IMG/VR virus record: IMGVR_UViG_3300037237_000057
Direction: 5' to 3' (one strand)
From: an uncultured virus (IMG/VR IMGVR_UViG_3300037237_000057)
Taxonomy: Duplodnaviria > Heunggongvirae > Uroviricota > Caudoviricetes
DNA length: 64,000 nt
The translations under genes and the position numbers were made by a program. Shown piece by piece: positions 9,345-17,149 of this stretch. The notes under the pieces are model-generated. The model was given only the letters and a program-made list of their open reading frames with translations, was not told where the DNA came from and did no database searches. Position 1 is the first letter of the stretch, and every line of letters starts with the position of its first letter.

Positions 9345-9540
9345 TTGCCTCAGTTTCAGGGATACCTATGACTTTGTGTGGCTTTGGTCTCTGATATTCG
9401 GCTCAGAGCAGCCAGATTGAACGGAGCAAGCCATAATGCTCATAATTGGCTTCAATCTCGGCCAGGTGGGATTGGCTTTCATCTCTGGCATCACGGGGGA
9501 TGGGTGGGGACGGGCTTTGGTTGAGCCCCCCGATCCCCCC

Positions 9541-9557
9541 TACAGTTCTGGACTGTA
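9541..9557. promoter_or_regulatory. Palindromic operator candidate overlapping the -10/+1 of the leftward promoter
   Basis: TACAGT-TCTGG-ACTGTA is a perfect 6-bp inverted repeat. Confidence 0.45.
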
Positions 9558-9580
9558 AAGCTGTTGGGTTGTGGTGTCAA
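9552..9580 (-). promoter_or_regulatory. Sigma70-type promoter for the leftward operon
   Basis: Minus strand reads TTGACA (9580-9575), 17 nt, TACAGT (9557-9552). Confidence 0.75.
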
Positions 9581-9586
9581 ATATAG

Positions 9587-9616
9587 TTGTGCGTTTGTTG
9601 CGATTTGTGCTATTGT
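9587..9616 (+). promoter_or_regulatory. Candidate rightward early promoter
   Basis: TTGTGC, 18 nt, TATTGT with an extended TGn, followed by an AGGAGG RBS and ATG at 9637. Confidence 0.45.
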
Positions 9617-9636
9617 TGCAAGTAGGAGGAATTCTG

Positions 9637-9861
9637 ATGAATACACTTGCAATCGAACTTGCAAAATCTCTTTGGTTACCCATTCTAGTCTTGGCTGGGT
9701 TGATCTACATCAACGTCCGCATCTTCCTGCGGTGCGCGCGCCTGGACAGACAGCTACAGCGCCAACGGCAGGAGCAGGCCTTGTTCGAGGCCATCTATGC
9801 CCCTACGCTGACGGATGAAGAGGTCGCGGAGTTTCACGCGACAAGATGGGATGGCGATTAA
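9637..9861 (+). CDS. Small membrane protein
   Basis: AGGAGG RBS. MNTLAIELAKSLWLPILVLAGLIYIN has one hydrophobic helix. Confidence 0.65.
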   Translation: MNTLAIELAKSLWLPILVLAGLIYINVRIFLRCARLDRQLQRQRQEQALFEAIYAPTLTDEEVAEFHATRWDGD

Positions 9862-10019
9862 TGCCGGCAATCCGAGTTGAGCTCGATCCTGATGTGCACC
9901 GCGAGCTGAAATCGTCGTGTGCTCTACGTGGTGTCACGATCCCGAAGCTGGTGTCTGACATCATCAAACGCTATTTGAGCCAAACCAGAAAGGTAAGGCA
10001 ATCCGATGAAAGTAAGTGA
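9861..10019 (+). CDS. Ribbon-helix-helix (Arc/ParG/CopG-like) DNA-binding protein (not in ORF track)
   Basis: Manual translation MPAIRVELDPDVHRELKSSCALRGVTIPKLVSDIIKRYL shows a beta strand, helix, G-x-T turn and second helix. Confidence 0.75.
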   Translation: MPAIRVELDPDVHRELKSSCALRGVTIPKLVSDIIKRYLSQTRKVRQSDESK

Positions 10020-10257
10020 TTTCTTGGGTGGTGATCGTGTAATGGACGCGCTGTTTATCGCGTTGGCAAGGCCTAGCCTGGACGCACCAGCGCACAAGTG
10101 CGTGATGGATCGCGTAACGGGCATGTGTGAGACCTGCTGCGTCGAGATGACGGAGTTGTGCTCCACGTGCCTGTGCCGTGGGCATCACTCGTTCTGGTGC
10201 CCGAAGCTGCTGGCGGACAGGATTGAGATTGAGAAATTGACTGGGGGTGGGCTGTGA
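10006..10257 (+). CDS. Cys-rich hypothetical protein
   Basis: 83 aa with several CxxC motifs; coupled to its neighbours. Confidence 0.55.
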   Translation: MKVSDFLGGDRVMDALFIALARPSLDAPAHKCVMDRVTGMCETCCVEMTELCSTCLCRGHHSFWCPKLLADRIEIEKLTGGGL

Positions 10258-10466
10258 GCGAGTGGATCAGCGTTGACGAGCGGTTGCCGGAGAATCGCAT
10301 CGCGCAGCTAGTGTGGGTTCCAGAACGCCGCAACATTTATGCAGCCTACTTCGACAAGGAAGTAGGAGACGGATATTGGCGCGTCTTTGGCTCTTACGGA
10401 CGCGCTATTGAGCAAGAGGTCACGCACTGGATGCCGCTACCAGATCCACCGGATGTGCAGCCATGA
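10254..10466 (+). CDS. DUF551-like phage protein
   Basis: MSEWISVDERLPE...VTHWMPLPDPP signature. Confidence 0.85.
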   Translation: MSEWISVDERLPENRIAQLVWVPERRNIYAAYFDKEVGDGYWRVFGSYGRAIEQEVTHWMPLPDPPDVQP

Positions 10467-10579
10467 AGGATCTTGAGACTTGGGTGTGGGGCCTCTTTGT
10501 CGGTGCCGTGGCTGGGTACGTGGGCGCCGTGTACTCGTACTGGCTGCTGTCGTTCTATGTGCCTGGATTCGGCAAGTGA
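10463..10579 (+). CDS. 38-aa membrane peptide (not in ORF track)
   Basis: MKDLETWVWGLFVGAVAGYVGAVYSYWLLSFYVPGFGK, with ATGA/GTGA coupling on both sides. Confidence 0.55.
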   Translation: MKDLETWVWGLFVGAVAGYVGAVYSYWLLSFYVPGFGK

Positions 10580-10758
10580 TCTGCCTGGCATGTAATGGCG
10601 CTGGGTGGCTGTTTAGGCGTGTGGATGTCTCACACATCTACGGCCACCCTCACACGGCCGAGGTCGCGCGTGTGTGCTGGTATTGCCATGGCAAGCGATT
10701 CGTGGAGCTGCTCGATGCGAGTTCAAAGATGGCTCAGGCGAATGATGCTGCCGACTAG
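10576..10758 (+). CDS. Small DnaJ-type Zn-finger-like protein
   Basis: Likely GTG start at 10576; CLACNGAG...CWYCHGK. Confidence 0.55.
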   Translation: MICLACNGAGWLFRRVDVSHIYGHPHTAEVARVCWYCHGKRFVELLDASSKMAQANDAAD

Positions 10759-10916
10759 CGCGGGCCGCCGAGCAAATACCAAAGCAGAAGGATGACTAGG
10801 ATTGCTCCCAATCCAATCCCACCACCACCACTCCATCCCCACCGGCTGTAGCCGTAATATCCGCCACCGCCGCCAAAGATCAGCACCAGAACCACGATAA
10901 GAACGATCAGTCCCAT
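10755..10916 (-). CDS. DUF3309-like small two-helix membrane protein (counter-oriented; not in ORF track)
   Basis: MGLIVLIVVLVLIFGGGGGYYGYSRWGWSGGGGIGLGAILVILLLWYLLGGPR, with a GAGG RBS upstream. Confidence 0.75.
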   Translation of the reverse strand: MGLIVLIVVLVLIFGGGGGYYGYSRWGWSGGGGIGLGAILVILLLWYLLGGPR

Positions 10917-10950
10917 TGGGGTACCTCGCGTTCGATGATAATCAGAGCTC

Positions 10951-10979
10951 TTGCATTTTGTAAAGGACGGTGGTAGCGT
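10951..10979 (+). promoter_or_regulatory. Sigma70-type promoter for the replication genes
   Basis: TTGCAT, 17 nt, TAGCGT with extended TG; followed by a ~120-nt hairpin-rich leader. Confidence 0.5.
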
Positions 10980-11097
10980 GTTGAGTGTCCGTTGCCTCCG
11001 CGATTGGACTCAGGGTGTCTGGCTGATCACCAGACCGCAAGTGGGGGGAGATGTCCTCAAGCGTCTCTCCTCAGCCTCACTTGAGGGAGTGAACGCA

Positions 11098-11922
11098 TTG
11101 AAGTGGCTTAAACACATGACCGCGAGTTGGGATGATGAGGGTCTTGCGCGCCTGATCTCTACAGGCGGAAAAGACGGCCTCGCACGCTATGGATTATGGT
11201 GGCGGGTCCTTGAAATTGTGGCATCCCAGATGGAAGGTCCAAGCCCCTCATGCACCGCTCAGTACCCAGTCACTAGGTGGTCCACTCTGCTGTCACTACG
11301 TGGGTCACTCGTATTCTCAACCCTCTCGACTTTGCTAGTGACAGGGGGGGTGACTGTGGAGCGACTCGATACTGACATACGAGTGACAATTCCTAACTTG
11401 TTGAAATATAGAGATGAATACACACGAAAGTCGGGACACTCTCCGGTCCAAGAAGTAGAAGGAGAACAGAAGGAGAGTAAGAAGGAGATACAGAAGGAGA
11501 AAAAGACGCCCGTGTCGCGGCAAGCCGCTCCTGTGATTGATCTCCCTGAGTGGGTTCCTTCTGGTCCCTGGAATGCGTTTATAGAAATGCGTAAAGATGA
11601 AAAGCATCCCCTGAAATCAGCCAAAGCTATAAGCCTGGCAATCAGTGCTCTTGAGAAGTTGCGCGATGCCGGCAACGACCCGGCCGCCGTCTTGAATCAA
11701 TCAACCATGCGCAGTTGGCGCGGACTCTTTGAAGTGAAAAACGGAGGTAGATCAAATGAAAACAGCAAGCACGAATCCGTTCTCGACACTGTTCAGCGGA
11801 CCCGAGCCAAAGCAGCAGCAGATCGAATGGGCGGTGGCCCTGCTCCGGGAGATGCTGGAAAAGCCACCAAACCCGAGACTGGCGCAGATTTGGGCGCAGA
11901 TTCTGGGGAACTGGACTTCTGA
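11098..11922 (+). CDS. Phage replication initiator (replisome organiser, O-like)
   Basis: TTG start after GAGGGAG (MKWLKHMT...). N-terminal winged-helix-like region, A/G-rich Glu/Lys linker and C-terminal WNAFIEMRK..PL domain typical of phage initiators. Confidence 0.7.
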   Translation: MKWLKHMTASWDDEGLARLISTGGKDGLARYGLWWRVLEIVASQMEGPSPSCTAQYPVTRWSTLLSLRGSLVFSTLSTLLVTGGVTVERLDTDIRVTIPNLLKYRDEYTRKSGHSPVQEVEGEQKESKKEIQKEKKTPVSRQAAPVIDLPEWVPSGPWNAFIEMRKDEKHPLKSAKAISLAISALEKLRDAGNDPAAVLNQSTMRSWRGLFEVKNGGRSNENSKHESVLDTVQRTRAKAAADRMGGGPAPGDAGKATKPETGADLGADSGELDF

Positions 11923-12373
11923 CGACCTGGCCGCGGCATTCAACCACGTCGCACAGACCAGCACGGGCTGGCCTACAATTGGCCATCTCACCGAGTTCAT
12001 CCTCGGCCAGCAATGGGCCAAGGACCTGCCCTGGCTGCTCCAGGCGCTGCGCATGCACGGCTGGGAGTGGAAAGCATACCCAGCCATCTATGGGCCCAAG
12101 TGGCGCAAGCCTGGTGCAAAGATGGATGACTGGGAGGATGCTCCGCTACTTGAGGATGCAATCCCGGCGCCCGAGATCCCGCCAGTGCTGGCTAGAGCCC
12201 TTGAGATATTCGGCGGCGGCCGGCTCGAGGAAGGGCTGAAGGAGTTAAACAAGCACCCATCGGTCCGCGCGATCGATTGGAATGCCGAGGAGGCGTCCAG
12301 GATGAAAGCGCAGATCGAGAAAGGATTCCACGCGGCATGGCTTGCCGCACGTCATGCTGAGATGGCGCACTAG
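11756..12373 (+). CDS. Hypothetical protein, possible helicase loader
   Basis: GGAGG RBS. Lies directly after (and overlaps) the initiator; WPTIGHL motif. Confidence 0.45.
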   Translation: MKTASTNPFSTLFSGPEPKQQQIEWAVALLREMLEKPPNPRLAQIWAQILGNWTSDDLAAAFNHVAQTSTGWPTIGHLTEFILGQQWAKDLPWLLQALRMHGWEWKAYPAIYGPKWRKPGAKMDDWEDAPLLEDAIPAPEIPPVLARALEIFGGGRLEEGLKELNKHPSVRAIDWNAEEASRMKAQIEKGFHAAWLAARHAEMAH

Positions 12374-12419
12374 CCCCGCATCGCCGGGGCAGCGCAGACG
12401 TGAAGCAGGGAGGCTCTGA

Positions 12420-13187
12420 GTGAGCGATTTCTTAGCAGTGTTGTGTGGAGGAGGCCGGAATAGCGCCATGCTCTTTGGCATGTACGAACGCGGAATCGTT
12501 CCTGACATCATCACCTTCGCGGATACTGGAGGGGAGAAGCCAGAGACGTATCAAGCGGTCGAACTTCTCTCGCAATGGTGCGACTCGCATCTTGGGCAAA
12601 CGATCCTGACGGTCGGTAAGTCAAGCATGTACTCCAGCCTTGAGGATCAATCACTCAGGACGCACACGCTTCCGTCAGCGGCCTATGGATGGCGTTCATG
12701 CTCCGACAAGTGGAAGATTCAGCCGCAAGACAAACTAATGACCAATTTCCCTCCCGCGCAGGATATTTGGGCAAGAGGACTGAAGATCACCAAGGCTCTT
12801 GGCTATGACGCTGGCGAGAGACGGCGCGGCGAGAGCATGAAGGAAAGCGACAAGTACCGCTTTTGGTTCCCGCTCAAGGAATGGAACTGGTACTTGAATG
12901 ATTGCATTGAAGCGTTCAAGCGTCACAGCCTCCCTGTTCCGCCAAAGTCTGCTTGCTTCTACTGTCCGTCGAGTACCAAGGTTGAAGTCAAGGCGCTGGC
13001 AAAAGAGCACCCCGAACTGTTCGCCAGAGCCGTAGAGATTGAGCGCAACGCAGAGAACTTGCAAACAGTCAAAGGATTGGGACGCCATTGGAAATGGGAA
13101 GAATTAGTCCAAATTTCAGACATGCAAATGAAGTTGCTGCCTGAAGCACCGCAAATGAACTGCACGTGCTTAGACGGCGATGAGTAA
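12420..13187 (+). CDS. PAPS reductase/PP-loop family protein
   Basis: GGGRNSA PP-loop-like motif, FADTGGE, KSACFYCP and a C-terminal CTC. Confidence 0.8.
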   Translation: MSDFLAVLCGGGRNSAMLFGMYERGIVPDIITFADTGGEKPETYQAVELLSQWCDSHLGQTILTVGKSSMYSSLEDQSLRTHTLPSAAYGWRSCSDKWKIQPQDKLMTNFPPAQDIWARGLKITKALGYDAGERRRGESMKESDKYRFWFPLKEWNWYLNDCIEAFKRHSLPVPPKSACFYCPSSTKVEVKALAKEHPELFARAVEIERNAENLQTVKGLGRHWKWEELVQISDMQMKLLPEAPQMNCTCLDGDE

Positions 13188-13219
13188 CCACCACGCCAGC
13201 AGGCGCAGCACTGAGGAGA

Positions 13220-13729
13220 ATGATGGCTGAGATACAGCGGTACACGCCAGTTCGGACTAGCATGTTCGGAGCGATGGCGGAGAATCTGAGTGGCGAATAC
13301 GTTACTCATGCTGACCACCTAGCCACCCTCGCCGCCAAAGACGCTGAATGGCAGACGGTGCTCGCCCAATCCATCGAGACCAGCAACGCCAACGTAGCGG
13401 CTGCGCAGGATGAGATTGCAACGCTGAAGAATCAGTGCGATCAATTGAGGCTGATGTTTGTTTTAGTTGATGCGGAACTGCCAGAAGACTTTGAGCCTGA
13501 TCTCGGCCAGATTGAGCGAGTAGATGCTTTCGCAAAGTCCTACGCCGCGCTCCGTGAGCAGATTGCCAAGCTGACGGCTCCGGTGAGTGATGAGGAAGTG
13601 TTTCAGCATCGAAGCCACGCAACCAATGGCGGCTACGGTCACAAGGATGGATTGCTCAACAGGACAGCTATCGACGCGCTCTTCAAGGCACGCGCCAAAG
13701 CAGCCGATGCGGTGAAGGAGCAACCATGA
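13220..13729 (+). CDS. Hypothetical phage protein (coiled coil)
   Basis: GAGGAG RBS; GEYVTHADH motif common in phage early genes. Confidence 0.6.
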   Translation: MMAEIQRYTPVRTSMFGAMAENLSGEYVTHADHLATLAAKDAEWQTVLAQSIETSNANVAAAQDEIATLKNQCDQLRLMFVLVDAELPEDFEPDLGQIERVDAFAKSYAALREQIAKLTAPVSDEEVFQHRSHATNGGYGHKDGLLNRTAIDALFKARAKAADAVKEQP

Positions 13730-13842
13730 CAATAGCATTCCAAGTCATTCCCAAGCGCCCATGGTGGCTAACTCCGATTGAGTTAGTCATCATCATCCTG
13801 GGCATCGTCTTAGTCGTAAGCGTGGCGATTTATCTACCATGA
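13726..13842 (+). CDS. 38-aa membrane peptide (not in ORF track)
   Basis: AAGGAG RBS; MTIAFQVIPKRPWWLTPIELVIIILGIVLVVSVAIYLP; ATGA coupling at both ends. Confidence 0.55.
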   Translation: MTIAFQVIPKRPWWLTPIELVIIILGIVLVVSVAIYLP

Positions 13843-14318
13843 CCGACCGTTCGACAATCCGATGCGCTAACTGCAGCCTGAATCAATACCTCACCGCGTC
13901 AGGCATCTGCCGGCGCTGCGGGAAGGCATTCTCCAGGCCTCAGCTTATCGAGTCAACAGCAGCAACAACAGATGGCGAACCCGCGTCAAACCCCAGAATG
14001 TTTTTCACCGAGAAGATCGGTCGCACCCTCTTAGAGTACCGGCACGCACGACACTTGAGCCAACGGCAACTAGCCGAGATCATTGACGTACCCAGAACCT
14101 ACATTTCCAAGTGCGAAAATGGGAACTCGCTGCCAACTATCGTGTCACTCAGGCGGTTCGCCAAAGCACTCGATGTGACTCTGTTTGCATTCCTTGGATG
14201 CGCCGAGGCCGAGCTATTCATGAAAGAGATCGCCCCGTATGTCCACCTACTCAGCAGAGCACAGAGGCGCGTCGTGCTGAATGCTGCAAGCCTGTGCGCC
14301 AAAGAAAAGGAGAATTAG
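13839..14318 (+). CDS. Zinc-ribbon + XRE helix-turn-helix regulator
   Basis: CANC..CRRC ribbon; LSQRQLAEIIDVPRTYISKCENG HTH_3 motif. Confidence 0.85.
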   Translation: MTDRSTIRCANCSLNQYLTASGICRRCGKAFSRPQLIESTAATTDGEPASNPRMFFTEKIGRTLLEYRHARHLSQRQLAEIIDVPRTYISKCENGNSLPTIVSLRRFAKALDVTLFAFLGCAEAELFMKEIAPYVHLLSRAQRRVVLNAASLCAKEKEN

Positions 14319-14322
14319 TCAA

Positions 14323-14580
14323 ATGTCAGACCGATGGGCGTCATCGTGTGTAGGGAAGAGGCACTACAACTCGGAGCGCCGGGCCGACGAGGCCGCCAAA
14401 GCGTCACAGATCGTCTACGGCGTGCCTATCCGCTCGTATCCTTGTGAATTCTGCAAGGGCAAATTCGTGGTCGGGAATACCTTCGCCACAAACGGGAAGA
14501 AGGCGCGCATGGAACGCGAGGGGGCCTCCGAGAGACCGGATGAAATAAAGATTGACGAGAATCCGCAAATAGGCGTATAA
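14323..14580 (+). CDS. Small Zn-binding phage protein
   Basis: AAGGAG RBS; C.GKRHY...YPCEFC. Confidence 0.6.
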   Translation: MSDRWASSCVGKRHYNSERRADEAAKASQIVYGVPIRSYPCEFCKGKFVVGNTFATNGKKARMEREGASERPDEIKIDENPQIGV

Positions 14581-14588
14581 GGGGATTC

Positions 14589-14801
14589 ATGCGGTACTAT
14601 TCCAAGCAAGATCTACTCGATGAACTAAAGCAGATGTGCGCTGCCAGTTCTCAGAGATGCGTCTCGGAAAGCCTTGGGTTCCGGCCAGCGTTCATCAATG
14701 ACGTGCTGCGGGAGCGACGGGGCATTACGGGGAACCTAGCGTCGGCGCTGGGCTACGTGAAGATGCCTGATCGATACGCGAAGAAAGAGGAAACCAATTG
14801 A
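14589..14801 (+). CDS. Cro/HigA-like HTH protein
   Basis: SQRCVSESLGFRPAFINDVLRERR HTH pattern; TTGACG-18-TATAAG promoter immediately upstream. Confidence 0.65.
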   Translation: MRYYSKQDLLDELKQMCAASSQRCVSESLGFRPAFINDVLRERRGITGNLASALGYVKMPDRYAKKEETN

Positions 14802-15817
14802 GTCTCTACGATGACAAGGAAACTTACGCAACATCGCGCAGCGGCGGGTTAGGGGGCACCGATGTCAGTGCGATCCTCGGCCTCAGCCCCTGGAAGAAAC
14901 CCATCGACATCTACGCTGGCAAGGTCGATCCGTCCAGCCAGCCGGAACTGGAAAAGGAACTGCTTTGGTGGGGTTCAAATCTGGAGCCTATTGTGCGCGG
15001 GCGGTACGCTGAGCGGTTCGGCATGGCAGTAACCGCGCCGGCGGACCTGGCTGCCATCTTCCCCAACTCGCGCCCCTGGCGGGATTCCACGCTGATCGTC
15101 GGCCCGGAGCCGTGGATGCTCGGCGCGCCCGACGGCTGGATACCATCAGCAAAGTCTGGACTCGAAATCAAGTGCAGCTCGCGCAAGGGCGATGATTGGG
15201 GGCCGGAGGGGTCCGACGAGGTTCCTGCCCACTATTTCGCCCAGGCAAGCTGGTACGCGGCAGTCTGCGACGCTCGCGGCTGGAACTTCGGCGTCCTGTT
15301 CTCCGGCAACACGCTGGCGCAGTACCGCATCGAGCGCGATCTAGCATTCGAGCGGGATATGGTCGAGGTAGCGCGGTCATTCTGGTTCGACAACATCGTC
15401 AAGCGCGTCGAGCCGCCCATCGACCAGTCCGAGTCTTACGGCCGCTATCTCGCCCGTAAGTTCAGTTTGAACACTGGCAAGATACTCCAGCCGACGCCGG
15501 ACATCATCCACTGGACGATGAGGATGAAGCTGGCCGACGACCAGGAGAAGGAGGCAGGCGAGAACAAGCAGTTCGCGAACAACCAACTTCGGGCGCTGGT
15601 GGGGGATGCGCAGAAGGTGGTAACTCCGTTTGGGACGTGTGGATGGGTGAGGCCCGAGAAGAAGCCTGTTACGGACGAGAAGGCGGCTATGATCGAGTTA
15701 GCCGCTCTCTACGACGACGCGCGCGCCGGGAATGCCATTTCTTCCGCCGATATCATCAAGAAGCACACGGAAGAGAAGCAAAACTCGGCATACCTCAGAG
15801 CGTGGTGGAAGAAGTAA
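14798..15817 (+). CDS. YqaJ-like viral recombinase exonuclease
   Basis: GLGGTDVSAILGLSPWK, WGSNLEP, APDG, LEIK and HYFAQASWY motifs. Confidence 0.9.
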   Translation: MSLYDDKETYATSRSGGLGGTDVSAILGLSPWKKPIDIYAGKVDPSSQPELEKELLWWGSNLEPIVRGRYAERFGMAVTAPADLAAIFPNSRPWRDSTLIVGPEPWMLGAPDGWIPSAKSGLEIKCSSRKGDDWGPEGSDEVPAHYFAQASWYAAVCDARGWNFGVLFSGNTLAQYRIERDLAFERDMVEVARSFWFDNIVKRVEPPIDQSESYGRYLARKFSLNTGKILQPTPDIIHWTMRMKLADDQEKEAGENKQFANNQLRALVGDAQKVVTPFGTCGWVRPEKKPVTDEKAAMIELAALYDDARAGNAISSADIIKKHTEEKQNSAYLRAWWKK

Positions 15818-15935
15818 GTTTGATTCCAGTCGCAGAGTCCCTCGGTTGGTCCTGCGCGGATAAGTCCCTTCAAAGCTGGTGCCGAGGACTGGCAGAATAG
15901 GGCAAAAACTCAACCCCGAAAGGCAAGGTGATTCA

Positions 15936-16832
15936 GTGGCAGAACAGCAGGCAGCACAGCAACAGCAACCATTAACTCAAACCACAACCCAAGCCCCACA
16001 GACCGTCGAGGCTGATGGGATTCTAGCTGCGGCCATCAAGGCCACTGAGTCTCGCTTGCCCGAGGTCCAGAAGTTTGAACTGCACCAGCGCCAAGCCCGC
16101 TTGTTCGCGCTGAGTGGCTTGTTCTCGGACATCAAAGGCACTAGCTTGGAGCAAGCTCTAGCACAGGCGTTCGTCAAGATCGACCTCGGCGAGAGCATGG
16201 GTCTCAGCCCCGCCGAAGCCATGACAGGCATTGATTTGATCCAAGGCCGCGTGGCGATCAGCGCTAACATTCGCGCGGCCAGGATGCAGCGGGCCGGGTT
16301 TAGTTGGGACATCCTCCAACTCGACGACAAAGGGTGCCGCCTGAGCCTGAAATACAAGGGCCAGCAGCTTTACCGCGAGGATGTGGACGAGAAGACTGGG
16401 GAAGTCACCAAGAGTCCAGCGGTTGTTTCGTTCACCGAGGCCGATGCTGCCCGTGCTGGGCTGTCGAGCAAGGATAACTACAAAAAGAACCCGCGTAATA
16501 TGTTCTTCGCTCGCGCCATCACGAACGCTCAACGGTGGTACGCTCCAGGCATCCTCAGCGTCAACATCCTCAGCACCGAGGAGGCGATGGACCTGAGTAG
16601 CATCGACCTCGAAACAAAGTCGGCGATCGACGCTGCGCCGACTAAGACCGATGCCGTCAAGGCCGTGGTGGCGAAGCGGGCGAATGCGGCGAAGGAGAAG
16701 GCGCAGCCCGAGACACATGCCACCCAACGCGAGACCGCTACCCAGGAGGCGGACACAGACCCGACACTTGGGACGAAGACGACGACGCATCCTTCAACGG
16801 CTCAGCCAGAGCAGGCACCAGAACTCTGGTAA
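15936..16832 (+). CDS. RecT/Bet-like single-strand annealing protein
   Basis: Follows YqaJ. Contains GESMGLSPAEAMTGIDLIQGR, FTEADAARAGL..KDNYKKNPRNMFFARA and an acidic disordered tail. Confidence 0.75.
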   Translation: MAEQQAAQQQQPLTQTTTQAPQTVEADGILAAAIKATESRLPEVQKFELHQRQARLFALSGLFSDIKGTSLEQALAQAFVKIDLGESMGLSPAEAMTGIDLIQGRVAISANIRAARMQRAGFSWDILQLDDKGCRLSLKYKGQQLYREDVDEKTGEVTKSPAVVSFTEADAARAGLSSKDNYKKNPRNMFFARAITNAQRWYAPGILSVNILSTEEAMDLSSIDLETKSAIDAAPTKTDAVKAVVAKRANAAKEKAQPETHATQRETATQEADTDPTLGTKTTTHPSTAQPEQAPELW

Positions 16833-16867
16833 CAAGTTCTGGCCTCCACTTCAATGTGGGCCGGAAG

Positions 16868-17031
16868 ATGCGCGGCGACATGCATGGGTTTAGTAGACCC
16901 GTAAGCGCATGGCACCCAAACCCGGAAGGTGATCAGTGCAGCGAGATACCCTCTAACCCATCGGTGAAATGATACGCGTTGGGATCGGAGGTCCTTCCAA
17001 GAGCTAGCCGGTAAAAGCCCGGCCCGCGCAT
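16868..17031 (+). ncRNA. Putative structured ncRNA with a tRNA-like acceptor/T-arm closure
   Basis: TGCGCGG (16869-75) pairs with CCGCGCA (17024-30), directly preceded by GCCGG-TAAAAGC-CCGGC. Internal stems are CATGC/GCATG, GGAAGG/CCTTCC and CCTCT/GGAGG. Confidence 0.45.
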
Positions 17032-17149
17032 TTAACAAGTTTCCCGGCCGCCGCAAGGCCACAGACGTTGCGCCCGTACTGGTTGCCGCCCACAGCCAAC
17101 CTAAACGGGCAGGCCGGGGATTCAAACGAGAGGAAAGAAAGGATATACG

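Noticed and set aside
15899..15940. c-di-GMP-I riboswitch (GGCAAA...CCGAAAGG)
   Set aside because: The downstream GCAAAGC/P3 consensus is missing.
16868..17031. Canonical tRNA or tmRNA
   Set aside because: No TTC T-loop, D-arm, anticodon arm or CCA; too short for tmRNA and no evident tag ORF.
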